Below are positions 39,202 through 50,077 of a stretch of DNA of 64,000 nt, piece by piece. The DNA comes from Octopus sinensis (Eukaryota): assembly GCF_006345805.1 (NCBI RefSeq), contig NC_042999.1, forward strand, positions 27,156,001-27,220,000, written 5' to 3'. Under the pieces are notes generated by a model. The model saw nothing but the letters and a program-made list of their open reading frames with translations. It was not told the origin of the DNA and searched no databases. A program made the translations under genes and the position numbers. The first letter of the stretch is position 1, and every line of letters begins with the position of its first letter.

Positions 39202-39535
39202 TTCAAGGTGGAAAAAAGGATTTCCCGGATTACTTGAGTCTAAGAAAAAATAACTTGTTTGCCGCCTTCGGAATAGTCACCTTGTGCAACTATACACTGG
39301 TCCCATTGTTCCTGCCACTTTTGGAATCCTACCTGGAAGTCTGTCCGAAAGCCAGTCGAGGACCTTCTGCGATTAGGTTTAGATCTTGACAACGGTGTTA
39401 AAACAGTGACATTTGAGCTGCATTTTCACCCTTGGAAAGAGATTTCCAGTGCTAAATCGGGCGAATAAGGCGGGTGTGGAAGCGATACCACGTTGTTTTT
39501 GTCAAGAAACTCATTACTGAGGAGATCTCAGTGAA
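39202..39535 (-). mobile_element. mariner 3' fragment
   Basis: EFLDKNNVVSLPHPPYSPDLA..LFPRVK..FQKWQEQWDQCIVAQGDYSEG; terminus near TA at 39200-39201. Confidence 0.8.
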
Positions 39536-39544
39536 GAATTGTCT

Positions 39545-40232
39545 ACTCCTTATACAGAGTTTGACCACCTCCTGTGCATACACCTTAGCATGGCGTCTGA
39601 TGTGGTTTTTTAAACCAGACAAGGTTCTGAAAAGGGATCCACATAAATTGCACTTCTGATTTAGATAAATTCCGCTTTTTGTGGATCTTAAAATGTTTTT
39701 TGAGGCCTCCGTTGGATTTGCAAACCTTATGGCATACACTGTATTCAAAGGTGTGCACAGACATACAGGCAGAATAGTTGGTGGAGGTTCGTTTTCCATG
39801 CTTTCGCACATGTGATTTGATGTTAGCAAAAGACAGGCATGATCTGTCACAGACTGTGCCCACAAAAAGTTTGTCATTCACCTTCTCGATTGATACATTC
39901 CTCATTAGATCTTTTATGAGTTATCCTGGCTTCTTCAAATGCTTTCAGTCCTCTCCACACCTTTGTTAGCCATCTAACTCGATCCGAAGGAAGGGTTTCT
40001 ATATCTTCTGGAGCCATTCGATGTGACTTCATAGTAGTCCTTATGCTGCCCTTAAGTCTTTTTTTTAGTTTTACAACGATAGCGTTTCCCTTCTGCAAGC
40101 TCACCATAAAACAGTTGTGTCAGCATGCGTTCATCTGCCATTCGAACAATATGACCATACCATCTCAGTTGGTTCCTCAAAATCATAGCTTTAATTGAGG
40201 TGATGCCTGCAGATGTAAGGACATCTGTGTTT
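39545..40232 (-). mobile_element. RTE (BovB-like) LINE 3' end with three C2H2-type zinc fingers
   Basis: SIKAMILRNQLRWYGHIVRMADERM..QLFYGELAEGKR..KKRLKGSI..DRVRW; then VCDRSC..SHVRKH, VCHKVC..KHFKIH, CNLC..NHIRRH. Confidence 0.85.
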
Positions 40233-41902
40233 AGAGTAAAAGAACTCTATTTAATTTCTAAAATGCGATGAAGGCATTTTTGGCGGAATTGTTCTAACAG
40301 TTTAAAATGCGTTTCATAACAAGTCCGCATTTCACAGGAATACAATAGTAATGGTAAGACGAATGATAAAAATTATTTATCTATACATACAATAGCTACA
40401 CTCTGATATAATGTATATAATAACACGCAGACAAACAGGTATTATTTATATAATACATATCTATAAATCTATATTATATAATGATATGAAAGATGCTGCA
40501 AATATAAACGTTTTGTGACCATAAAATGAGGGGTCACTCGTAAAAAGAACTGGATAACAAAACCGTTCCCTAATCTAGTGTCCACCCATAATTATGACCC
40601 TACAGAGATGGAGTTTTGTGTGCGTTTTTCTTTCAATTTTTATGCTAATACATTTTTTCTTGTTGCTGTTATAAATGAATTAACTGCATATTTAATATAT
40701 AAAGAACATAGATAATCTCAGGTGTTAACGTTATCCACGTTTATATTTATGTATCTGGCTAAGTTCTGTGTGTGCAGACATAGTAGATAGTATTAAATGA
40801 ATTAGTTTCTTGTAATTTGAAGAATATATAACGTTTCAGGTGTTAAACATATGTGTATATATATACACCGCCGGAACGTCTTGTTGACAAACAACAGCAA
40901 TAATTGTGTTCACCACAATAGACGTCATTGATTGGTTGAAATTGCCAAAATGCGAGAAATTCAACAACAAATAGCTACAAACTACAGAATTTTCTCAATA
41001 ACGCCAAGTGAAGAAGCTGTTTTATGTGACACATTCTACCAGTATACGAAGTTTAAAAGTGTTCAGTTACAAAAAATGAATTTTTAAATCAGCCGGTCAA
41101 AGTGAAACGATCCTAAATATGGATCAATTCAACAAGTTAAATTAAAATTTTTTAATAAAAATATTTGAATAGTTAAATATGTAAATAGGTAAACATAAAG
41201 CCCTCAAAACCGGAAGTAGGTATTCATATACAGGTGAACGGCTAAAGTGAATCTAGGAACAATCAAATTTATGGACATGCCAAATCGATAACAAGTAGCA
41301 CTAAATAAGTGTTATTTACGGTGAGTTAGGAAATAGCTACAGGTTTGGTTCATAGAGTACAATTAATTCGATTTAGAGAAGAGCTTACTAAAAACTAGGA
41401 ACAAGCTAAATGGAGGACACACACAAAATACGAACCAGTGAATGCAAACATCCATATATGAAGATAAAAATATTTTTATATATATGATATTGACATGAGT
41501 TTAAATAGAGAGATGGGAATATACAAGAATTATAAAAAGAGCTAAGTAAAATTACACTGTAATTATATTACATGTATATACGGGTTGGAGTTAGGATCAA
41601 ATATAAAATCAATGGAAAATGAACAGTCAAGGAGAAGAATTTAACAAAAATAAATGAGCATACCAAGTAAATAAATTGGACTAGATAGAAAATTTGCATA
41701 TTATATATCCTTAAAGAGGTGTGCACGGTATGAAGTATAAAATACTAAATTAGATGACAAGTTAAATGGATTTATAACTAAAATATTAAAACATTCTACC
41801 AAAAATAGGAAAGAAAATGAAATATTTAATGGAATAGAGGGAATAATGCTTAATTTAAAGGTATGTAGGTATAAGAAAAACTGTAATTATAGTTTTATAA
41901 CT

Positions 41903-41969
<67 letters not shown>

Positions 41970-42009
41970 GTGTGTGTGTGTGTGTGCGTGTATTTCTCAC
42001 TGTGATTTT

Positions 42010-42205
42010 GTATCTTTGTTGGCCGCCCCCAACCATCGCTTGACAACCGATGTTAGTGAGTTTACGTCCCCATAACTTAGTGATTCGGCAAAAGTGACCG
42101 ATAGCATAAATACTAGGCTTATAACGAATAAGTGCGGAAGTCGGTTTCTTCGACTAAAACCCTTTGACTACAGTCAAATGACTGATACAAGTATTAGAAA
42201 AAAGA
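42010..42205 (+). mobile_element. probable SINE 3' fragment (family D)
   Basis: ACCATCGCTTGACAACCGATGTT..GTTTACGTCCCCATAACTTAG..TTCGGCAAAAG..CTTCGACTAAAACCCTT..AATGACTGATACAAG; recognised by resemblance to a common mollusc SINE body, not verified. Confidence 0.5.
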
Positions 42206-43022
42206 ATATCATTTTTCCCGCCAAAACTATTCGAACTTGGCATCTCATATTTTTTAATTGAACCGCTTAACCGTACAGCTAAGATATTTCAAAATAATTC
42301 GCTTCGTCGTTGAGTTAGTATTTTATGCTTCTGACAGCTATAAAAAAATATTCCGTTACAGATTTTTATCAACCTTATTATTGATACGGAGACTTGCCTT
42401 GTTACATTTACCAGACTGCTATATGTAATATATCCATTAGAATATATTTTCGCGTCAAACTTTTGAGTGCCTGGCAATTTATAAGAGGAATATGAAGAAA
42501 TGTATTTTAACGAAAATATGTGATATATGACATCTTATAATTCCTATATTTTATCTGAAAAATTTCAAAGAAATCAAACGATGAATCCATATTTTCTGTT
42601 CAACTATCGGTGTCGTGATGTTTTATATCAATTTGTCTAGCTCATAAAATAAAACATTGAATAAAGAACGAATCACTTTGGTATATCGAAAGAACACGAA
42701 CATCCTCCACAACTATTAATGTAACCTATTGTCCTGCCTGTCTATGAGGAGAACTTTTGAAAGCTTATCTAAAGTACGGCATGAAATGTGAATTGTGCTA
42801 TTAGAACAAGTTATATGAATTATCCCTACATGACTAGGCACACTAACCACAACCAATTGTAAATATTTGTAAAAACACTCACATACATCGCTGTGTCCAC
42901 ATAAATGTGAAAAAAATACGGGGTGTTCTACTAACGTATTAATATTTAGGAATTACACACACAGAGACACACACACACGGACGCACACACACGGATGCAC
43001 ACACACACACACATATATATGC

Positions 43023-43065
<43 letters not shown>

Positions 43066-44942
43066 ACTCTGCTCAATGCAGACCTGAAAATTTTGACAAA
43101 GGTGTTAGCCAAGAGGTTGGCGCTTGTCATGGAGAAACTGGTCGACAACGCACAAACGTGCGCCGTGCCGGGCCGGAGCATCCATGACAACCTCCATCTG
43201 ATGCGCTACATCATAGACAGGGTAGTTAACGAACCTGGCATGGGTGGGGCCCTGATCAATTTGGATCAATCGAAAGCCTTTGATAGGGTAGACCATCGAT
43301 ACTTGGAGGCAGTCCTGAGAGCGGCTGGTTTCGGTCCCGTCTTCCGCGGCTGGATAGCTGCCTTGTACAGGGGCATCCGTTCGGTAATTCGCGTAAATGG
43401 ACATCTATCGAGACCCTTCGACATTGCACGTTCGGTCCGTCAGGGATGCCCCCTCTCGGCGCTTCTATACGTATTGACTCTTGAGCCACTACTGCGGAAG
43501 CTGGCGACTCTGAGGGGCATCCCGCGAGAATTAGGATGCGGGACGAGCGTGTCTGCATACGCGGACGACGTCACCGTCATAGTGTCAAGCCACGAGCACA
43601 TCGAGCGGGTCGGCGAGACACTGAAAGACTACGAAGCGGTGACAGGAGCAAAAATCAACCGGGAAAAGTCAGTGGGCTTGCGGCTCGGCACCTGGAGAAG
43701 CAAGCCCATGCCGTCCACCAGTACCTCCGTCGTGGGACGCTGGACAGACGGCCCGGTTGAGTTGCTCGGGGTCTGGTTCGGTCCGGACCTCCAAATGGAG
43801 AAGAACTGGAACGAGATAACGAGTAGGGTGGTCACTCTCGCCCAGCAATGGGCCGAGAGGAAACTGTCCCTAAAAGGTCGGGCGGAGGTGGTGAACGCGT
43901 ACATCGCGTCCATCATCTACTACCGCCTGACCGTCGTACCTTGTCCCGACCCTACCATCACCAAACTAGAACGCATCCTCTTCCGCTTCTTGTGGAAAGG
44001 ATGCGTCCCGATGGTCAGGCGATCCATTTGCTGTCAACACCCGTTAAAAGGAGGGCTGGGCATGCCGTGGTTGATGATGCGCAGACACGCGCTGAGACTG
44101 CGACATCTCCGGCTCTATGTAGACGACGGTGAACAGGTGTGGTCGCCGTTTGTGAGGCACGCATTCCCGCAACTCGTCTCCATGACCGAACTACAGTCGT
44201 GGATCAAAAGGAGGCCGAAGAAGGGCGAATGGCACCGCGAGTGTCGCGTTGCTCTCAAGCAACTCTGCCGTCCCGGGTCGGCCTTGAGTGACTTCAACAC
44301 AACCAAAGCATTCTATAGGGGATTAGTGGAGGGGAGGTACGACGACGAGCTCGGGGCAAACCTGGGCGTCGACGAGGAATACCTGACCCGCCTGTTTCAA
44401 ACGACTTTCGGCCCGGGACCTATGGACAACTTCCAGAGATCCCTGGCCTGGCGGTGCTACCGAGAAGCGCTACCCGTTCGGGATAAGCTCTATAGGCATG
44501 GCTCGAGAAACACGGGGCCGACCTGCCCGAGATGCGGGCAGAGCGACGAAACCGCTCTGCACGCAATCGTGCAGTGTCCAGCAATTTCCCACCTGTGGGC
44601 TTATGTCGAACGACTGCTGTCACGTGTGGGACGTGTCGGTTTATCAGCCGAGTCTATCGTTAATATCGTCACGCCTCCTTCCTTCAAACGGGAAGGAAGA
44701 GCTATTTTTATCATACTTGTGGCTATGGCGAAAGAATGTATCTGGTGGACGCGTCTGAAAGGATTAGAGACAAACACTTTCCTCTCTGGTCAATCTCTCA
44801 TCAACTTCTTCAAGTATCACTTGAAGAAAAAGTGAGAGTAGAGAGGCAAGTTTTGTCTAGTGAATGTTTTAAAAAAAGATGGGTGAATGTAGCAAGGATG
44901 GCACGTATGAATGACGAAGCCACCTTGACTATGATTCTATGA
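43066..44942 (+). pseudogene. Tx1 ORF2 remnant (RT to C-terminus), open apart from one frameshift near 44828
   Basis: 580-aa ORF 43093-44835 stops at ..LKKK*, while the adjacent frame continues KVRVERQVLSSECFKKRWVNVARM..MIL* (44942). Confidence 0.85.
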
Positions 44943-45384
44943 ACCGTAAAAATTAATACAGAGAGTTGCTTATTTGCAAAAAAAAAAAAAAGAAATATAA
45001 CATGTGACTTCATTGACCGAGGTTACCGTGGTCTTTTCCGTAGGCTTTTCTTTCCACGGGTAAACCTCACCTGTCCTCCCCTTTACACTTCATATTGACA
45101 TTTCTGTGATAACGATCCCTATTGATCAATTTTTTTTCCTCTCCCCCTTTTTTTTTAACCCCCCCCTTCTTTTTGTCCTCTTTCTCTCCTTTTACGATTC
45201 CTTTTGATCGAACCCCCCTTTTTTATTTTATTTTATTTGTTATTTTATTATTTTTTTTTAATTTTTAATTTTTTTAATTTTTTTAAATTTTTTTATTTTA
45301 ATTTTTTTTTTAAACCTTCAAAAGAAAAGCTCTACCTTGTAATTTGTTCTATCTGTGTGCAGCCCTGTGTGGCTAATAAAGAAA
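43066..45384 (+). mobile_element. 5'-truncated Tx1-group (L1 clade) non-LTR retrotransposon inserted in (ATCT)n
   Basis: RT TLLNADLKIL..LDQSKAFDRVDH..SVRQGCPLS..YADD; CCHC CPRCGQSDETALHAIVQC; about 440-bp pyrimidine-rich 3' UTR ending AATAAAGAAA; (ATCT)n at 43023-43065 and a degenerate copy at 45385-45409. Confidence 0.93.
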
Positions 45385-45394
45385 CATATCTACC

Positions 45395-45428
<34 letters not shown>

Positions 45429-45536
45429 CATATGTGTGTGTGTGTGTGTGTGTGTATAATTTGAGGGAATATTATTCCTAACTTACAGGGAAAAATTCAA
45501 TTTAGAAATACTAAATCAAATTTCATAAGATATAAA

Positions 45537-45855
45537 ATATATACATAAATTAGAAAAAAAACACCTTTTATCAATTCAAAATGAAAAATTAAATTACACC
45601 ATTTAGAAAATTACATATAATAGAAATATTAAATATGAGGAAAAAAATAATATAGCGATGATTAAGTAATGTGCAAAATAATAAATATGACGTATATATA
45701 TGTTTTATTTATTATTTTGCACATTACTTAATCATCGGTATATTATTTTGTATCTTATATTAATATTTCTATTATATGTAATTTTCTAGATGGTGTGATT
45801 TAATTTTTCATTTTGAATTGATAAAAGGCGTTTTTTTTCTAATTTATATATATAT
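45537..45855. repeat. long fold-back palindrome (about 150-bp arms, 18-nt loop)
   Basis: 45537-45687 is the reverse complement of 45706-45855 with roughly 10 differences. Confidence 0.92.
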
Positions 45856-46355
45856 ACAAAATTTAGAGGACTGACCACTAAAACAATGGACAGCCTGTAT
45901 GTTAGATATAGACGTCAAAATCGCCATTTTCCACGAAGAATGTGTTCTCAAGAAAAAATTTCAGCAAAATATTAAAGTGTAAAAATAAGCAAGATAAATG
46001 AAAATATACGAAATAAAAAAACGATTACCTATGTACTTATTAGTTTCACTTGTTAATATTTATGTATATGCATACGCAAACATCTGCAAGATCATCAGCA
46101 TAGTCTGTCGTTTACAAAACACAATTTCCAGAACTAGATACAGAACGCTCGATCGAAATCCAGCAGGTGTAAAGTCCAACAAATTATATTTAGCTGAAAT
46201 AAGATTAAGATTAATGTAAAAAATAAATAACACTGAAGCAAAGTAACACCAAATATATAGTGCGTGTGTTTTTATTGGCTAAACTGGCAAAATGACCGTT
46301 CCGAAATACAAGAATAATAAATATTTATCAATCAATCAATCAATCTATCTATCTG

Positions 46356-46462
<107 letters not shown>

Positions 46463-46669
46463 TTGCACACGCACACGCACACACACACATACATACACAT
46501 ACATGCACACACACCTAGGAGATGCATTTGAAAAGTATGCAACTTTATTTTTGTCCGCCAAAACTAATTCCACTTAGGCAAAATCCTTTTGGTGTGATGT
46601 GACGACACTCCTCTTACGTATACGTGAATATTTTCGCATTGGTAGGCTGCATCAGTTATACCTAGATTA

Positions 46670-46816
46670 CCGACGTGTTGACTTTGCCTTTAATTCTTAC
46701 GGGGTCGATAAATTAAGAACCAGTGACGCACTGTGGTCGATGAATCGACTTAATCCCTATGTCTGTCCTTGTTTGTCCCCTCTGTGTTTAGCCCCTTGTT
46801 CCGCAATAAAGAAATA
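46670..46816 (+). mobile_element. SINE family A 3' half
   Basis: GTTGACTTTGCCTTT..GGGGTCGATAAATTAAG..GCCCCTTG..CAATAAAGAAATA. Confidence 0.85.
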
Positions 46817-47584
46817 AGAAACTGACGTGTGTGTATGTGTGTGCGTGTGTGATTGGACGTTTATGCGTCACATTTATTTAAACACAGGGATTTCAGCACA
46901 GTAGATACTGGCATTAAACTCAATGAAATCAGTCTGACTAGTTTCAATAGCAGCCCATTTTACTGATCACCAAGAGAATATATCTATCCGTGCGATATTC
47001 AGACTGGAGTGTCAGACTGGGTTAACGAATGTTTTGGAACAGTGTTGGTGTAAATTACAAATCGTCAAAAGCCAGTATTCTGTTTGGGACCAGGAATTTA
47101 ATGAATCGATTTCTGGTGAAGCAAAAATAAATGCTGAAGATTACAAATCTTTTTTTACTACAGATATGAACATCTTGCATAGCATCTACTTTCATGGCGT
47201 CAGCAGAAACGTGTTTTTAATACAATCCCATGATCAGTAATTTGTATTGCTTCTCCGTTTCTTCTAGTATCATGTATTGATTTGATTCATGATTCATGAA
47301 CGTTTCCAACCTTTGCACTGCGATGCAAATAGCGACAGACAAAGCTAGTTTATTTGAGTTTGTGCTTACTATAAATAGCTGCAAACTGCTATATTTTTGT
47401 GTGGTCGGGAAAGTGATAAAGCGTTATTAAATGATGAAACTAGTGACATTGGTCGCATGATGATTATAACGAGGAAAAAGATCTTCCACAGTATCTACTT
47501 TTCACAGTAAGATAAAAAAAAATTGTAAATGCTTCTTATATCTCTGTCTTATGTTGTGTAGTTTTATTGATTATTTGTTATGCA

Positions 47585-48425
47585 CCTAGCTGCCAGAAAC
47601 GTGAGCACACGTTGCAAAATGTTTAGTGACATTTCGTCCACTTTTACGTTCAGAGTTCAAATTCCGCTGATTTCGACTTTGCCTTTCTTCCCTCGGGTTC
47701 GATAAAATAAGTATCGGTTGGACGCTGGGGTAGATTTAATCGTTTTGGCTCTTCCCTTAAGTCTGTTTGCGTTCAGTTAAAATATCTATTGAATGTTAAA
47801 ACTTATAAGTCGGTAAACTGGCAGAATTGTTAGCACGCCGGGCAAAATTCTTCGCGACATTTCGTTGATCTCCTGAGTTCAAATTCCACTGAGGTCGACT
47901 TTGCTTTTCATCCTTTCAGGATTGATAAAATAGGAACCATTTGAGTACTGTAAACGATGTAATCGACTTAACTCTCGATCGAAAATGCTGGCCTTGTGCC
48001 AAAAGTTAAGATCAATATTATGCACCTGGCCATCGCGGCGAGCGGGCCGGATCTTAAACTCACCGGGTAAAATGTCTCACTGCATTACATCCGTAATTAT
48101 GTTCTAAGTTTGAATTCCGCCGAGGTCAGCTTTGCTTTTCATCCTTTCATGGCCAATAAAATAAGTAAGATTTGAACACTTGGGTCAGTTTAATCGACTT
48201 ATATCTCTCCAAAGAATTGCTGACCATGTCAGAAAATTTGAAAGAAATATTATGTATTCAGCGGACAAACCTCTAAGAAGCATTTCTTCGGGATTTTTCG
48301 GTTGTGCGGTCAGATTCCACCGAAATAAATTTTGTATTTCATCCTTTTCGGAGTCGATAAAAAAAAACCCAGTTATGTAACTGAAAACCCTTTGCCTTCA
48401 AATTTGATGGCCTTCTGCCGAAATG
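47585..48425 (+). mobile_element. cluster of four diverged co-oriented SINE family A copies
   Basis: B-box-like motifs at about 47652, 47875, 48105 and 48310, each followed by a TTTCATCCTTT-type body; heads GCCAGAAACGTGAGC and GGCAGAATTGTTAGCACGCCGGGC. Confidence 0.75.
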
Positions 48426-48973
48426 ACATAACAAGCTCAAGCTCATGTATGTTTGCATATTGAAAACGTTAAGAATTGAAAGCGCTTGCACATTTATAAA
48501 ATCAAAGCCTACACGCATTTTGTGAAAACCCTTCTCAAATGTTAGTGTCTTTCGTTCTTTTTCAGTCTGTTCGTCTCTGCTATAAGACTGCCGCTACGCT
48601 TCCTCTTCGGATTATAACATAGCGTTTTTCAGAAATCTCACACGAATTTATCTAAAATATCTCCACACAGCTTGATTCGCAATTACTATGAACTATATAT
48701 GGACAAACGCATTTTCTGTGAGTACGATACTTCTCATCACATCTCCAAGATTCCAACTTTAGTCAATAAGGATATATTCACACCCTAACTTTTGTCTTCA
48801 CTTTCTGGAAAACTAAGAGGTTTTGAAAAGACTTTTTATAAACCTGATATATGACTATGTAATACTAACTGAAATCTTAGAAACCAATTTGTTATCTAAA
48901 TTTTCCCCTTTTATAGAACTCTCCATGGTGTTTCATGATTGTAACATTACTCCCTTTGATGTTTGGAAATATC

Positions 48974-49079
48974 GGATGTTTTTTCGGCTGATGAGTACGA
49001 GCCATCTATATTTACTGCAATTTCTGTAGCCTTATTAAAGATGTCTTCGTACGAAACAATTGTACCGATATTTTGATCC
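48974..49079 (+). ncRNA. type I hammerhead ribozyme with palindromic helix III
   Basis: TCGG-CTGATGA-GTACGA..TCGTAC-GAAA-CAATTG-TA-CCGA; all core nucleotides present; helix II extends via CATCT/AGATG; helix I extends via GGAT/ATCC. Confidence 0.8.
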
Positions 49080-49995
49080 ATTCTTGTTGCTTTTTTCCTA
49101 TATATATATATATAGTATTTTGGAAATTCCTTGATACACTTATAATATTGGTGGGAGAGATTTTTTCTCAAAGAGTTCGGATTGATAAAAGAACCTTTTT
49201 TAGAAAGTCGAAAGACACTAACATTTGAGAAGAGTTTTCACAAAATGCGTGTAGGCTTTGCTTTTATAAATGTGCAAGCACTTACAATTCTTAACGTTTT
49301 CAAGCACGTGTTATTAGACATAGTGGAAGTTATTTTCAGTAAGATTGTTGTTAACTATTTCCGGTTTAGTTTCGGACTCAGAAATCTTATGAAATATACT
49401 GCTTTTGCCTTCCGGAGAAGGCAAAAGCCTTCTCTGCATTTATTTTATGTTCTCTTCATTTGTTTTATGAAGAGGGAAAATTATGAATTTTCCTTGTGTA
49501 CAGGTGTCCAATTGATCGCTACATGGTATGCATCTAAATGTAGGATGTTTTATTTAATGTCTATGGACATTTACACGGTTAATTAATTTCGTTTTAGTTT
49601 CCCCAATATAATATTCGTTTCATCGTAGGCATGTGATACAATATTTCAGGTTTTTGCTTTTGTAGTTCGTATTTGCCTTCACCTTAAATTCTTATATATT
49701 CTTAAATATGTGTCTGGTCCCTGTTCTATTAAATCACATGTATCACCTCCGGAGTCTTCGCATTTAGTAACTTGCCAGCCCCAAAAAATCATGAATGGAA
49801 AAGATCGTCCAAAGAGTTGCAGATAATTCCGAAGTCATCTGGAGACCGTGGTTGAATGGGAGTTTTATGGAATAAATTTACATTTGTATTTCAAGATATG
49901 TCTTGTGTAGTTTTGGCAAATATATCTTTTAAAATGAGATGCCAGAGTTATTTTCATCTTTGCGTAAATTAGACGACTGTTTATTGAATGCACCC

Positions 49996-50077
<82 letters not shown>

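Noticed and set aside
43105-44623. Several antisense and alternate-frame ORFs of 60-100 aa
   Set aside because: By-products of the GC-rich Tx1 coding strand
46085-46110. Minus-strand DYADDLA resembling an RT catalytic motif
   Set aside because: Isolated seven residues, an in-frame stop just upstream and no other RT sequence
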